The notes: generated by a model from the sequence alone, not told the origin. DNA of 64,000 nt from Helicobacteraceae bacterium (GCA_031268655.1 JAIRWX010000021.1:4303-68302), one strand, 5' to 3'; positions 9,562 through 20,691 are shown, counted from the stretch's first letter. Numbers and translations: made by a program.

Positions 9562-9903
9562 TTAATCCTCGCTTTGCTTAAGGCGCGTTTTTTGGCGACT
9601 GTAACTTCTTTGACGCTCGTTTTTTTCGTATCTGTTTAGCTCGCCGCGAAGACGATCGGCTATATCGCTCAGAGCGATCGGCTCGCCGCCTGCACGGACG
9701 ATCAGGTCGTTTGCGACGCGAATCAAATCGCCGTAGCGGGCGCTGTATAGCTTCACGTCGCCGAGTTTCGGCGCGTTTCGCGTTATCGCGCAAAAACCCG
9801 CCCAATCGCCGCCGTCTTTAGACAGATAATTTGAAGCGCGAGATAAAAATCGTTCCAGCTCTTTAATGAACCTCAACCGCTTTTTTGTCTCAGGATCCTT
9901 CAT
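9562..9903 (-). CDS. Hypothetical protein
   Basis: 113-aa ORF lying 4 nt downstream of the DEAD-box helicase gene on the same strand. No recognisable motif. Confidence 0.5.
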   Translation of the reverse strand: MKDPETKKRLRFIKELERFLSRASNYLSKDGGDWAGFCAITRNAPKLGDVKLYSARYGDLIRVANDLIVRAGGEPIALSDIADRLRGELNRYEKNERQRSYSRQKTRLKQSED

Positions 9904-9907
9904 CGCC

Positions 9908-11365
9908 TCAATAACGTTTTGAGCGCGGTTTGCCGCTTGCGCGATCGCCGAAAGGCTTTCTGAATCTGGAATGACCGCCGCCCTTGCCGCCGCCGCGTTT
10001 CAAAGGGCGATCGCGCCTGTGATCGGTCAGAAGTTTTTCAAGTCTCTGCGGATTTACGCCTATGCTGTCGGGTCCGCTGATATTCTGCTTTTCGATAAGC
10101 AACGAAAGCGCTTTCAGCGCGAGTTGCTGCGCGTCGATCTGCTCCTCTAAAATCGTCAGCAACCGCCGCGCTTCGTCGCTGAGACGCGCGCCGAGAATGG
10201 AGTTGATCAGCTTGCTCGAATGCGCTTTTTTCACGTCGCCAAGCGTAGGCACCTGTTGCATTTTTATATCCGCGCCGGCGAACTTTTTGATCCGCTGAAG
10301 CTCTTTGTATTCGAGCGGCGTTACAAGCGTAATGGCGATTCCCTTTTTGCCCGCCCTGCCCGTTCGCCCGATTCTGTGAACGTAGCTTTCAGGATCGAAT
10401 GGAATGTGATAGTTAAACACATGGCTGACCTCTTTAACGTCCAGTCCGCGCGCGGCGACGTCGGTAGCGACAAGAATATCGAGCTGGCTGTTCTTGAAGC
10501 TCTTGATAACCTCCTCGCGGCTTTTCTGCTCCATATCGCCGTGTAATCCCTTCGCGCCGTAGCCTTTGGCGATCAGCATCGTGCTTAGGCGATCCGCCTC
10601 TTTTTTAGTACGCGTAAAAATGATCGACCTGCTCGGCTCCTCGGAATCAAAAAGCCGCAAAATAGCGTCGTCGCGCTCGTGTTCTTCGATGACGTAGTAT
10701 TGCTGAGCGATATCTTTGTTGGCGTTTTCGTCTGGCGGCGTTACCTTTACGTTGACGGGATCGCGCAAAATCTTGCTCGCCAGATCTTTGATCGGTTGCG
10801 GCATGGTCGCGCTAAACATAAGCGTTTGGCGCTCTACGGGCAGAAACTTAAATATCTCTTTAATGTCGTCCAAAAATCCCATATCCAGCATCTCGTCCGC
10901 TTCGTCTAATATAACGATGGACGGCGCGAAACTCTTAAGCCGATTGGAGCCTAACAGATCGAGCAGCCGCCCCGGCGTCGCTACTACCACCTGCGCGCCG
11001 CGGTTGATCAGATCGACCTGACGATACGACGACTGTCCGCCATAAACCGTAACGGTTCTTAAGCCTGCGAATCTGCCGAGCTTGAAAAGCTCGTCGCTCA
11101 CCTGCGTGGCAAGCTCTCTTGTCGGCGTAATGACAAGCAGTTCCACGCTGTCCCCGCCCTTTATTCTGCTCATTGTCGGCAAGCCGAACGCGGCGGTTTT
11201 GCCCGTACCCGTCTGCGCCTGCCCTATCAGGTCCCGACCTTCTAAAATATATGGAATAGCTTCTGCTTGAATCGGGCTGGGGGTAACGAAACCCGCCTCG
11301 TTAGCGCCTTTCAAAATTTGCGGCTTAAAACCGAACGAGTCAAACGAGTCGTGTTGATTTGGCAT
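9908..11365 (-). CDS. DEAD-box ATP-dependent RNA helicase
   Basis: Q motif, AQTGTGKT, DEAD, SAT and HRIGRTGRAG motifs, with a basic Gly/Arg-rich tail. Confidence 0.9.
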   Translation of the reverse strand: MPNQHDSFDSFGFKPQILKGANEAGFVTPSPIQAEAIPYILEGRDLIGQAQTGTGKTAAFGLPTMSRIKGGDSVELLVITPTRELATQVSDELFKLGRFAGLRTVTVYGGQSSYRQVDLINRGAQVVVATPGRLLDLLGSNRLKSFAPSIVILDEADEMLDMGFLDDIKEIFKFLPVERQTLMFSATMPQPIKDLASKILRDPVNVKVTPPDENANKDIAQQYYVIEEHERDDAILRLFDSEEPSRSIIFTRTKKEADRLSTMLIAKGYGAKGLHGDMEQKSREEVIKSFKNSQLDILVATDVAARGLDVKEVSHVFNYHIPFDPESYVHRIGRTGRAGKKGIAITLVTPLEYKELQRIKKFAGADIKMQQVPTLGDVKKAHSSKLINSILGARLSDEARRLLTILEEQIDAQQLALKALSLLIEKQNISGPDSIGVNPQRLEKLLTDHRRDRPLKRGGGKGGGHSRFRKPFGDRASGKPRSKRY

Positions 11366-11399
11366 TGATTGTTTCGCCTTCGTAGTAAATAAGGCGCGT

Positions 11400-11408
11400 A
11401 TTGTAGCA
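11400..11408 (-). promoter_or_regulatory. Extended -10 box TGCTACAAT (minus strand) for the helicase operon
   Basis: The minus strand reads TGCTACAAT, then 34 nt containing GAAGG, then the ATG at 11365. Confidence 0.4.
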
Positions 11409-11463
11409 AACCGCGCTAAAATTGGCGTTTGGGTATGATAGCGATTGGAATTTGGAGCTGTTT

Positions 11464-11961
11464 TTGAAGATTGGTCTGCCGTTTGTTTTGATCGCTTTCG
11501 CTCTGATCGGTTGCGGGCGATCGGCTTTTTTTGATTTTACCGGAAGCGCCGCGTACGCGGAGGCGTTGCCGCATACAAAGCGCGGCGAGATCGTCGATCG
11601 GTTTGAGAGCAAGGCGTTAATTAGCGCGAGCTATCTCAACGCGATCTACCCCGACAATAAAGACTACAACGCCGCCGAAACCTTTTTGATCGGGCTTTAT
11701 ATAGCAAACGATTTCAGCGCGAAAGAGAGAGCGGGGCTGAACAATCCAAACTACTCGCTCGCGCTCAACGGCGAAAAATATCTGAACGTCGAAATCGTCG
11801 ATAAAAACAGCGTCCTGTTAAAACTGATGCCGTTAATCAATCGCTGGAACAAATATTATATCGTTCGTTTCGCCAAAACAAGCGAAACGCTTAACCTGAC
11901 GTTATACGAATCGGACGCGAATCTCTCCGCGACTATTTCGTTTCAAAAATCGACTCCATAG
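11464..11961 (+). CDS. Hypothetical lipoprotein
   Basis: A TTG start 6 nt after GGAG gives MKIGLPFVLIAFALIGC, a signal peptide plus lipobox. The ORF track start at 11422 is less likely. Confidence 0.5.
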   Translation: MKIGLPFVLIAFALIGCGRSAFFDFTGSAAYAEALPHTKRGEIVDRFESKALISASYLNAIYPDNKDYNAAETFLIGLYIANDFSAKERAGLNNPNYSLALNGEKYLNVEIVDKNSVLLKLMPLINRWNKYYIVRFAKTSETLNLTLYESDANLSATISFQKSTP

Positions 11962-13540
11962 CGATCGGCGCTCCCAGCAGACGGCGGTAAACGATATAGT
12001 TTGCCAGCACGCTTTTGCCGTACTCGCGCGGTTCTTCAAGGGGCATTCGCTCCATACTTAAAAACGGCTCGTACTCGCCCTCTTTGAACAGCTTGTAGCT
12101 TTCGATCGTCCGCGTGGCGAAACCAAGCCCTCCGTTATAGGCGTAGGCGACATACAACGGATTATGCAGCTTACTTCGCAGCCACTTTATATGTCCGATC
12201 GCGTACGGCGCTTGACGATACGGGTCAAAAAAACTCCAAACGTCGCTCTTATCTTTGCGCGCTTTGGTCATATCTTCGATCAGAAACGGCATCATCTGCA
12301 TGGAACCAACCGCGTAGCTGACGGATAGCGCCGCCGGAATATAGCGGCTCTCCTGCCGCATAATCGCCAGCGTCATCGCAAGTTCGTCGATCGACAGATC
12401 GCTAAGAGCCTCCGGATACGGATTGAGATAATATATGGGCGGCTTGCCTGTTGAAGCTAAAGCGTGATTGATCGCGGCGCGATACGGTTCGGCGTTTTTG
12501 TGTCCGAGCTTGTTCAGTTCGGCTTTCAGCGCCGTCTCGTCTTGATCGGCTATTTTCTTGCTTAACTCGCTCCAAAAAAACGGATCGAAAAGACGCTTGT
12601 CGTCGTAGGTCGGCTTCATATTTCTGGCCGCGGGGACTTCGGCGACGATTGTCGGAAGCGCCCTAGCGGCGCTCAACCGCGTGTACAGCGCGTAAAAGTT
12701 GATTTCCGTACTCGAATAGAGACGATACAGATAGACGTCGTTTTTGCTCGTTAAATGAAGCCAGAACAGGGCGCGATCTTTTTCATACCGCGTCGCGGCG
12801 GCGGCTTCCGCCCTTTCAAAGGCTTTTATCGCGTTTGGTCCGTCGTCGCGCATAATTCGGATAACGCCCAGATAGAACGCGCCTTTGAAACCTAGCGTGG
12901 ATTCGTCCGCGGCGGCGAGAGACTCCAACAGTCTGGCGTTTTTGTTCAGCCGCGAAACGCGCTCGAGCAACAACGAAAATCTCTCGTCCGACTGCAACTT
13001 GCCGACCGCCTCCGAAGCAAAATAAACGTCGGACTGCTTTTGCAAAAATGCGCCCGACGCGCCAAGAGCGATCGAGTAAAAAACGTCTAAATCCGCAGCC
13101 GCCGCGCCGAGCGGATTGTTTTTAGCCATCGCCTTAAAAATCGCGGCTTCGAACGGATCGATCGCCTCTACTTTTTGCGCAATTTTCAGGCGATCGGCAG
13201 TCGAAAGCGACTCGGCGCTCGCGGCGGACAGCGTAATGGCGAGGCAGGCGGCGGAGGCGTTTGTCAACGCCTTGGTCTCGATATTCCGACAAGCCATAAG
13301 TTTTTTTATCGCTTTGCTTCTCGCGGCGAAAGCCGTTAAATGCGGCGCTTTCGGCGCTTTGAGCGAATAAAAAACCGCTCTGTTCTGCGCCGCGTTTCCC
13401 GCGTTGGATCGCAAAAAAAGCAACGAGGCGAAATCGCGCGCGCGCGAAGGCGATCTTTTCTGCAACTCCTCAAAACCATAGGGCGGCTGCGCGGCAAACG
13501 GCGACGAAAGCGCAAACAGCGCCAAGAAAATCAGTCGCAT
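11933..13540 (-). CDS. slt: Soluble lytic murein transglycosylase (Slt family)
   Basis: Signal peptide MRLIFLALFALSSPFAA, a superhelical N-terminal region, and an SLT catalytic domain (MRQESRY, GSMQMMP, AYNGG). Confidence 0.8.
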   Translation of the reverse strand: MRLIFLALFALSSPFAAQPPYGFEELQKRSPSRARDFASLLFLRSNAGNAAQNRAVFYSLKAPKAPHLTAFAARSKAIKKLMACRNIETKALTNASAACLAITLSAASAESLSTADRLKIAQKVEAIDPFEAAIFKAMAKNNPLGAAAADLDVFYSIALGASGAFLQKQSDVYFASEAVGKLQSDERFSLLLERVSRLNKNARLLESLAAADESTLGFKGAFYLGVIRIMRDDGPNAIKAFERAEAAAATRYEKDRALFWLHLTSKNDVYLYRLYSSTEINFYALYTRLSAARALPTIVAEVPAARNMKPTYDDKRLFDPFFWSELSKKIADQDETALKAELNKLGHKNAEPYRAAINHALASTGKPPIYYLNPYPEALSDLSIDELAMTLAIMRQESRYIPAALSVSYAVGSMQMMPFLIEDMTKARKDKSDVWSFFDPYRQAPYAIGHIKWLRSKLHNPLYVAYAYNGGLGFATRTIESYKLFKEGEYEPFLSMERMPLEEPREYGKSVLANYIVYRRLLGAPIAMESIFETK

Positions 13541-13541
13541 A

Positions 13542-15473
13542 TCAGCGCCCGCGCGGACTTTCTTGGTCAAGCGGCGATCGATCAAAACCGAGCGGACCGA
13601 AATCGTCGAAACCGCTCTCGATCAAACTTTTAAGCTCTCGTATCTTTTTCTCGGTTTCGCCGACTCGAAATTTTTTATTGCTGGCGGCGCTGACGAGATC
13701 GCGCGCCATTTTGGAGGTACGCGACGCGATCAGATGCGTTTTTTGCGCCACCATCTCGGACTCTCGAGTCATTTTTCCAATAGTCTCCACAATCTCGTTG
13801 ATACGTTCGATCGCGCCCATCTCGTCCCCGCTAGATCGCGCCACCTGCGAAACCAGCGCGCTCGTCTCTTTGACCTTCGATCTTAACTTATCGTAACCGC
13901 GCATCATCTGCGCCGAGATTAGCTTGCCCTCTTCCGCTCTGCGCTGGCTCTCTTCGCTAAGCTCTTTGATTGTCCTTGCCGCGTCGGCGCTTCTTGCCGC
14001 CAGATTTCTCACCTCGCCCGCCACGACCGCGAAACCTTTGCCGGCTTCGCCCGCCGTAGCCGCCTCTACCGCGGCGTTGAGCGATAGAATGTTGGTTTGA
14101 AACGCAATCGCGTCGATCGCGTCGATCGCTTCGCCGATCGCGTTAGCGCCGCTTACAATCTGCTCCATCGCGTTAAGCGTGTCTCCGGCTAACGCCGCTC
14201 CCTCTTTGGCGCTGTTTTGCGTATCGTCCGCTATGCTCGCCATAAGACTCGCTTTTTGCGCGGTGTCTCTGATCGCCGCCGTGATATTGGTCATCGCCTC
14301 GCCCGTCTCCCGCAAAGCGTTCGCCTGCTTCGACGTGGCGACGGAGAGCGAATGAACGTGCGCGTCGAGCTCCCTCGCGTTATTTTCAAGCAGTTTGCCG
14401 TTTTCCAAACTTGCGTAGAGCATCGCGCCGATCGATTCGCCTAGTCGGTTTATGCCGTCATGCAGAGCGCGAAGCTCGCCGCGCAACGTCTCCGGATTTG
14501 TCTGCGCCGTATAGTCGTCGCTCTCGTACGCTCTCATAACGCGCAAAATCTCTTCGATATTGCGCTCCAGCGCGGCGCTCATGGCGTTTATCGTCTCCTT
14601 CAACGCCGCGAGAGCCGGACTATTGGCGGCGATCTGCAAACGACCGCCGACGTGCCCGTTATTTACTTTTGAAACGATTCTCGTCGCCTCGCCGATAAAC
14701 TTGCGATCCTGCTCCAAACCTCTTTCGATATTCGCTATGTTGTCGTTGATCGCCTTAGCCATCTGTCCCAGCTCGTCGCCGCCGCCTATTTTCAATCGAT
14801 TGGCGCGAAGTTTGGACTGATTAAGAAAGCCAAAAAAGTCCAGCAGTCCCGCTTGCAAAGCTCTAAGTTTGTCGTTCAACGCGCGCGTGAACAGAGAGGC
14901 GAATAGAATCGCAAACAGCAGAGCGGCGCATATAAAGATGCCGAGCTTTGCCTGCGACGATTTAATAACCGCCTCGCTCCAGCGGGTCGAAACGTCCAGA
15001 TCCATCACGCCCAAAACGTCGTTTACGCCGTTCAGCGTATGGCAACGAACGCAGATTGGCTCCGCGATCAGCGGCTTGAGCAGCCTAACGTGAGGTCCGT
15101 CGTCGCGCCGTATCTCCCGCCAAAGCGACTCTTTTGTCGCAAACGCGCGCAAAACGTCGCGATCTTCGGTAGCCTCTTTCGGCATATCAAACGTGGCGAT
15201 AACCTCTTTATCGGGAACAATGTTTAGCGAATGCACGCCCTCTATGCCGCTTGCTCGCTCAAGCGCCTCGCCGATAACGATCCGATCGCCGCTGAACATC
15301 GAGAGGCGTAAAGTTTGAAAGATAGCTTCGCCGGTCATAGCGAGAGTTTTGCGCGCGCTGCGATCGGACAGCTCCTTATAGCCCAAGCTGGTTACGACAT
15401 AGACGATCAGCGCGCCCGCTAACGCGGCGCTCAGGATTACGACCAACATTTTCGAGCCGAACGTTTTAAGCAT
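13542..15473 (-). CDS. Methyl-accepting chemotaxis protein with periplasmic CxxCH (heme c) sensor module
   Basis: Layout is TM, about 145 aa extracytoplasmic domain with CVRCH (nt 15039-15053), TM, HAMP. The highly conserved MCP signalling hairpin is present: [32 protein letters not shown]. Confidence 0.85.
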   Translation of the reverse strand: MLKTFGSKMLVVILSAALAGALIVYVVTSLGYKELSDRSARKTLAMTGEAIFQTLRLSMFSGDRIVIGEALERASGIEGVHSLNIVPDKEVIATFDMPKEATEDRDVLRAFATKESLWREIRRDDGPHVRLLKPLIAEPICVRCHTLNGVNDVLGVMDLDVSTRWSEAVIKSSQAKLGIFICAALLFAILFASLFTRALNDKLRALQAGLLDFFGFLNQSKLRANRLKIGGGDELGQMAKAINDNIANIERGLEQDRKFIGEATRIVSKVNNGHVGGRLQIAANSPALAALKETINAMSAALERNIEEILRVMRAYESDDYTAQTNPETLRGELRALHDGINRLGESIGAMLYASLENGKLLENNARELDAHVHSLSVATSKQANALRETGEAMTNITAAIRDTAQKASLMASIADDTQNSAKEGAALAGDTLNAMEQIVSGANAIGEAIDAIDAIAFQTNILSLNAAVEAATAGEAGKGFAVVAGEVRNLAARSADAARTIKELSEESQRRAEEGKLISAQMMRGYDKLRSKVKETSALVSQVARSSGDEMGAIERINEIVETIGKMTRESEMVAQKTHLIASRTSKMARDLVSAASNKKFRVGETEKKIRELKSLIESGFDDFGPLGFDRSPLDQESPRGR

Positions 15474-15528
15474 CGCCCCTTCTTTGAACGTTTCTCAAGA
15501 AGCGAAACGACCGTTGCGCGCCGCTAAA

Positions 15529-15831
15529 TTAGCCATTGAGCGATCTGGCAAAATCTATAAGCAGTTTAACGAGAGTCAGGTTGATAAACTGCAACGCGAA
15601 AATCACGATGATCGGAGCGAAATCAAAGCCCTGAAAATTTGTCCTTATAAAGCGGCGAATCAAGGCGTAAAGCGGTTCGGTTAAACGATATAAAACCTGA
15701 ACGATCGGGTTAAACGGATCGGGACGAACCCAACTGATCAGCGCCGCTATAATGATCGCCCATATATAAATTGTGATAACTTGACTTAAGATAATGGCTA
15801 CGGCGTTAATAACTGTGGCTAGAATACCCAT
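15529..15831 (-). CDS. YggT family membrane protein
   Basis: 100 aa with two hydrophobic helices and a YggT-like PIVQVLYRLTEP segment. Confidence 0.7.
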   Translation of the reverse strand: MGILATVINAVAIILSQVITIYIWAIIIAALISWVRPDPFNPIVQVLYRLTEPLYALIRRFIRTNFQGFDFAPIIVIFALQFINLTLVKLLIDFARSLNG

Positions 15832-16003
15832 ACTATTCCTTTTGCGACTTAAATTTTAGCAGAGGCGGCTAAATTGGACGTATGGGAAGACTTTGCCGTT
15901 TTTGACTCTTTGATTTTTTAAGCAAAAGCGCCGACAAAAAATAAGATTGCGCGGACGCGAAAAACGCCGCTCAAGCCAAGAGCGAGATCAGACGACTCTT
16001 GCG

Positions 16004-17107
16004 TTACGCGCTAAAGCGAAAATGCATAACGTCGCCGTCCTGCACGATATAATCCTTGCCCTCCAATCGCATCGCTCCCGCCTCTTTTGCCTTCGCTTCG
16101 CCGCCAAATCGTATAAAATCGTCGTAACCAATCACTTCGGCTCGTATAAACCCTTTTTCAAAGTCGTTGTGGATTACGCTCGCCGCTTTGGGCGCTTTCC
16201 AGCCTCTGCGAATCGTCCACGCGCGCGCCTCTTTCGCGCCCGCCGTAAAAAAACTTTGCAACCCGAGAAGCGAAAAGCCTTTGCGGATAATCAAATCAAG
16301 CCCGCTCTCGCTCGCGCCAAGCGCGGCTAAATACTCGCTACGCTCGTCGTCGGTAAATCCCGCCATCTCCTCTTCGGCTTTCGCGCAGATCGCGATTGTC
16401 TCCGCGCCGCGATCGGCGGCGTAGCGCTCCACCGCCGCCACATAGTCGTTTTTATTCGCGACGGAGCTTTCGTCCATATTCGCGCCGAAGATCACGGGCT
16501 TGGAACTAAGCAGTCTCGCCTCTTTTATCAGCGCCTCCAACGCGTTTGCGTCGGCAAAACTAAAGCTCGACGCTCGTCCGCCTTCGTTCAGATGGTTCAA
16601 GAGAGCCTGCGCCGCGTCTAACTGCGCCTTCGCCTCCTTGTCCAGACTGCGCGCTTTTTTAGCGATCGCGTCGATCTTTTTGTCCAAAGATTGAATGTCG
16701 GCGAGAATCAGCTCCGTTTCGATCGTCTCTATATCGCGGATCGGATTGACAGAGCCGTCAACGTGGGCGACGTTCGCGTCGTCAAAACAGCGCACCACGT
16801 GCAGTAGCGCCTCGCACTCGCGGATATTGGACAGAAACTGATTGCCAAGCCCTTCGCCCGCGCTCGCGCCCCGCGCAAGCCCCGCAATATCGGTAAACTC
16901 GGCTTGCGCGTTGACCACCCGAGCGGGATTAACGATTTTTGCCAGCGCCTTTAGCCTCGCGTCCGGCACCGCCGCGATCGCTTTGTTTGGCTCGATCGTG
17001 CAAAACGGATAGTTCGCCGCCTGAGCTTTTTGCTCTTTGATCAGCGCGTTGAAGGTCGTGGACTTGCCCACGTTGGGAAGCCCGACAATGCCTATGCTAA
17101 ACGCCAT
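16004..17107 (-). CDS. ychF: Ribosome-binding ATPase YchF
   Basis: [13 protein letters not shown]-loop, Obg-like GTPase core, and a C-terminal TGS-like [16 protein letters not shown]. Confidence 0.9.
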   Translation of the reverse strand: MAFSIGIVGLPNVGKSTTFNALIKEQKAQAANYPFCTIEPNKAIAAVPDARLKALAKIVNPARVVNAQAEFTDIAGLARGASAGEGLGNQFLSNIRECEALLHVVRCFDDANVAHVDGSVNPIRDIETIETELILADIQSLDKKIDAIAKKARSLDKEAKAQLDAAQALLNHLNEGGRASSFSFADANALEALIKEARLLSSKPVIFGANMDESSVANKNDYVAAVERYAADRGAETIAICAKAEEEMAGFTDDERSEYLAALGASESGLDLIIRKGFSLLGLQSFFTAGAKEARAWTIRRGWKAPKAASVIHNDFEKGFIRAEVIGYDDFIRFGGEAKAKEAGAMRLEGKDYIVQDGDVMHFRFSA

Positions 17108-18543
17108 TACAACCTCTCAAGCCAATCGACTACCCAGCGTACCGCCGCGCCGCTCGCGCCAAATTGATTAACGCCCCACGCTTTTTCCACGTAGCTTGGT
17201 CCCGCTACATCAAGGTGCGCCCATTTATCGCGGTTTTTCTCCTCGATAAACTCGCTTAAAAATAACGCCGCCGTGATTGCGCCGCCGTAACGAACCGAAG
17301 CGCAGTTGCTTATATCCGCGATCTCGCTTTTGAGCAGCTTTTTCAGATGTCTGTTAAACGGCAGTTTCGCCGCCAACTCGCCGCTATGTTCGGCGGCTTT
17401 CAAAAGCGACTCTTTTAGATCGTCGTTAAAGCCCATCACGCCGCTTGTGTATTCGCCAAGCGCCACTACGCAAGCGCCCGTCAACGTGGCGAGATCGAGT
17501 ATGCGATCAAGATTTGAAACCCGCTCCTGCGCGTAACATAGGCAATCGGCGAGGACTAAACGCCCCTCGGCGTCCGTGTTTTTCACCTCGATAGTTTTGC
17601 CGTTTTTCGCTCTAAGCACGTCGTCGGGTTTATAGGCGTTGCCGCCGATCATATTCTCGGTCGCGCCCACGACGACGTGAATCTCGACGGGCAGTTTCAG
17701 CCGAGCCGCGATTGTAATAACGGCGATCGCCGCCGCGCCGCCGCTCATATCAGCCTTCATCGTCGTCATATAATCGGCGGGCTTCAGGCATAGCCCGCCG
17801 CTGTCGTAAGTAAGCCCCTTGCCTACGATCGCGATCGTTTTTTTAGGCTTGTTCGGCTTGTAGGTCAGATGTATCAGGCGCGGGGCGCAAGCGCTCGCTC
17901 GGCTTACCGCCAAAAACGCCTCCATGCCGTTTGCTCGCAGATAGTTTTCGTCGCGAATCTCGCACACGATCTTATATTGTTCGGCGACCTTTTGCGCCTC
18001 GTTGGCAAGCGCCGACGGAGTCATATCGTAGGGAGCGCGATTTACGAGATCGCGCGCGAAATTCACCCCTTCGGCAACAATCGCGACATAGTCTATAGCC
18101 GCTTTAACGGCGTTCTCGTCGATCTTCGCGCCGTAATAGTTTTCCGCGTCAAAATAGATCGTTTCAAGCGATCGCTCTTTTGGTTTCGATTTGTACTCGA
18201 CAAACTCGTAAGCGCCAAGCGCCAGACCAAAGGCGATCGCTTTGGCTACGTCCGCTCCGCTTTTATCGTAAACGCCGATCGACGCGCTTTTTATCTTAAG
18301 CGTTTTCAGAACGCCGACGGCTTTCGCCGCCGCTATGCGAAAACTTTCGAGGTCGTTCTCGTCTTCCACGCCAACATACAGCTCGCCTTTTTCGGCAAAC
18401 AGCGCCGCGCTTTCGTCCGCGCCGTCGAAGCCAACCTTCTCAAGCAGCTCGCGATCGCCGACAAACGAACCGTTCAGATCTTTTTTTAAGGTAAAAATAA
18501 CCCGTATGTCCGCCTTGGCGCGAGCGTTAAACTCAATTTTCAT
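17107..18543 (-). CDS. pepA: Leucyl aminopeptidase (M17)
   Basis: NTDAEGRLVLAD signature and VGKGLTYDSGG. The start is taken at the internal ATG (MKIEFNA). The upstream 72 codons of the ORF-track ORF look like read-through. Confidence 0.9.
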   Translation of the reverse strand: MKIEFNARAKADIRVIFTLKKDLNGSFVGDRELLEKVGFDGADESAALFAEKGELYVGVEDENDLESFRIAAAKAVGVLKTLKIKSASIGVYDKSGADVAKAIAFGLALGAYEFVEYKSKPKERSLETIYFDAENYYGAKIDENAVKAAIDYVAIVAEGVNFARDLVNRAPYDMTPSALANEAQKVAEQYKIVCEIRDENYLRANGMEAFLAVSRASACAPRLIHLTYKPNKPKKTIAIVGKGLTYDSGGLCLKPADYMTTMKADMSGGAAAIAVITIAARLKLPVEIHVVVGATENMIGGNAYKPDDVLRAKNGKTIEVKNTDAEGRLVLADCLCYAQERVSNLDRILDLATLTGACVVALGEYTSGVMGFNDDLKESLLKAAEHSGELAAKLPFNRHLKKLLKSEIADISNCASVRYGGAITAALFLSEFIEEKNRDKWAHLDVAGPSYVEKAWGVNQFGASGAAVRWVVDWLERL

Positions 18544-18648
18544 CACATATCTCTCCGACAAAAATGCGCCGATCTTACTCAAAAAGCGATTACGACGGCG
18601 ATTAACGCTATGAAACAAGGCTTTTGCCTGAGATAAAAAGCGCCTATT

Positions 18649-18657
18649 TGCTAGACT
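18649..18657 (+). promoter_or_regulatory. Extended -10-like box TGCTAGACT upstream of ilvE
   Basis: The box lies 31 nt upstream of the ATG at 18688, with an AAGGAAAG Shine-Dalgarno between them. Confidence 0.3.
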
Positions 18658-18687
18658 AGCGAAACTTTTTACGAAGGAAAGCTTGTT

Positions 18688-19614
18688 ATGGCTCTCAAGG
18701 AATCGCAGTATATCTGGCTCGACGGCGAATTTGTCGCGTGGAAAGAGGCGAAGATTCACGTCTTATCGCACTCGTTGCACTACGCCAACTCCGCTTTCGA
18801 GGGAGTTCGCGCCTATCCAACCGATAAAGGGCTAGCGATCTTTCGTCTGAAAGATCACACCAGGCGGCTGCTAAACACCTGCAAAATGTCGCTCTTGAAC
18901 TGCCCGTACGATTTTGACGCGCTTAACGCCGCGCAGATCGAGTTGCTACGCAAAAACGTTTTCGCTCCCAAAACCAGCGTCTATATTCGTCCGATCGTGT
19001 TTGTCGGCTACGGAGTGATGGGAGTCTATCACCTCAACTCTCCCATCAGCGCGGCGATCGCGGCGTGGGAGTGGGGCGCTTACCTTGGCGACGAGGGGCT
19101 GGAAAACGGCATTCGCGTAAAGATCAGCTCCTGGGCAAGAAACTCCGTCAAATCAATGATGGGCAAAGCTAAAGTCGCCGCCAACTACCTCAATTCGCAG
19201 ATGGCTAAATGCGAGGCGATCGAGGCGGGTTACGACGAGGCGTTGCTGCTCGATAGCGAAGGGTTTATCGCCGAAGGCAGCGGAGAGTGTTTTTTTATCG
19301 TCCGCGACGGCGTCTTGATCACGCCGCCAAGCGACAACGCGCTTGAGTCGATTACGCAGGATAGCGTTATTAACATCGCCCGCGAGCTTGGCGTTTCTAT
19401 TGAACGCCGCCGTATAACCCGCGACGAGGTATATATAGCCGACGAAGCGTTTTTTACAGGAACGGCGGCGGAGATCACGCCTGTGCGCGAAGCGGACGCC
19501 CGTCCGATCGGCGAAGGAAAACGGGGAGAATTAACGCAAAAATTACAAGAGGCGTATTTTGACGTCGTTTATGGCAGAAACGACAAGTTCTCGCGCTTCT
19601 TGACTTTGATATAG
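18688..19614 (+). CDS. ilvE: Branched-chain amino acid aminotransferase (class IV)
   Basis: Class IV aminotransferase pattern (SHSLHYANSAFEGVRAY, EGSGECFF). Confidence 0.9.
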   Translation: MALKESQYIWLDGEFVAWKEAKIHVLSHSLHYANSAFEGVRAYPTDKGLAIFRLKDHTRRLLNTCKMSLLNCPYDFDALNAAQIELLRKNVFAPKTSVYIRPIVFVGYGVMGVYHLNSPISAAIAAWEWGAYLGDEGLENGIRVKISSWARNSVKSMMGKAKVAANYLNSQMAKCEAIEAGYDEALLLDSEGFIAEGSGECFFIVRDGVLITPPSDNALESITQDSVINIARELGVSIERRRITRDEVYIADEAFFTGTAAEITPVREADARPIGEGKRGELTQKLQEAYFDVVYGRNDKFSRFLTLI

Positions 19615-19626
19615 GAAAGGAACAAA

Positions 19627-20691
19627 ATGCCCGCGGATATGAACGATTATTTTAAGAGGAATCCAAACGGCGGAGGTTCTAAACCCCGCCCACCCGGTTT
19701 AGCGCCCGATTTTTTTAAGAATTTCGGCGGAAAAGGCATCGCGGTTTATATCGCGATCGCGGTTATCGCTTTGCTGATTTTCGCGCGTCCGTTTGTGATT
19801 ATCAATTCGGGCGAAGTCGGTATTTTGGCGACGCTGGGAAAATATCAGGAAACGCCGCTTAATCCGGGTTTTCACATCATCGCGCCCTTTATTCAAGCGG
19901 TGATCGTGCAGGATACAAAAACTCGCGTCGTTAATTACAGCGCGTCGGAATCTTTAGCCGATCGGCGCGGAATCAACGAACGGGAAATGATAAAAGTTTT
20001 AGACTCTCGCGGTCTTGAAGTGAGCGTAGAACTTACCGTGCAGTACGCTCTTCGTTCCGAAAGCGCGCCCGCGGCGATCGCCTCTTTGGGCTTAAACTGG
20101 GAAGATAAGATGATCAATCCCGCAGTGCGCGACGTGGTGCGAAGCGTGATCGGCGCTTACGCCGCCGAAGAGCTGCCGCAAAGACGCAACGACATCGCTA
20201 CGGCGATCGAGATGAGTTTGAAAGAGACGATCGGCAAGATCGGAGGCGATCCGATCGAGCTTAGAGGCGTTCAATTACGCGGGATCGTTTTACCGCCAAA
20301 AATTAGAGACCAGATAGAACAGGTTCAGCTTGCTAGACAAGAGGCGGAGCGATCGCTAAATATGGTCAAACAAGCCGAACAAGAAGCGCTTCGTAAAGCC
20401 GCCGAAGCGAAAGGTTTGGCCGACGCTATGCGGATTCAGTCGCAAGGTATCGCCGATCGCACGCGAATTGAAGCCGACGCGCAGGCTAAGGCGAACGCGC
20501 TGATCGCCGCCTCGCTGACGAGTAATCTGCTTGTTTTGCGCCAGATCGAGGTACAGGGCAAATTTAACGAAGCGCTGCAGGCGAATAAAGACGCGAAGCT
20601 GTTTTTAACGCCGGGCGGCGCGGTGCCGAATATATGGGTCGATACAAAAGACGCGCAACGCGCAAGCTCGGCGGCTTCGTCGGCAAAATAG
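19627..20691 (+). CDS. SPFH/band 7 (prohibitin-like) membrane protein
   Basis: N-terminal TM, an SPFH domain, and a coiled-coil Ala/Glu/Gln-rich C-terminus. Confidence 0.8.
   Translation: MPADMNDYFKRNPNGGGSKPRPPGLAPDFFKNFGGKGIAVYIAIAVIALLIFARPFVIINSGEVGILATLGKYQETPLNPGFHIIAPFIQAVIVQDTKTRVVNYSASESLADRRGINEREMIKVLDSRGLEVSVELTVQYALRSESAPAAIASLGLNWEDKMINPAVRDVVRSVIGAYAAEELPQRRNDIATAIEMSLKETIGKIGGDPIELRGVQLRGIVLPPKIRDQIEQVQLARQEAERSLNMVKQAEQEALRKAAEAKGLADAMRIQSQGIADRTRIEADAQAKANALIAASLTSNLLVLRQIEVQGKFNEALQANKDAKLFLTPGGAVPNIWVDTKDAQRASSAASSAK

Noticed and set aside
19627-20691. SPFH/band 7 protein considered as part of an SPFH-NfeD or defence-associated pair.
   Set aside because: No NfeD-like partner or other accessory gene is adjacent. 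Composition and coupling to ilvE and hisIE look native.
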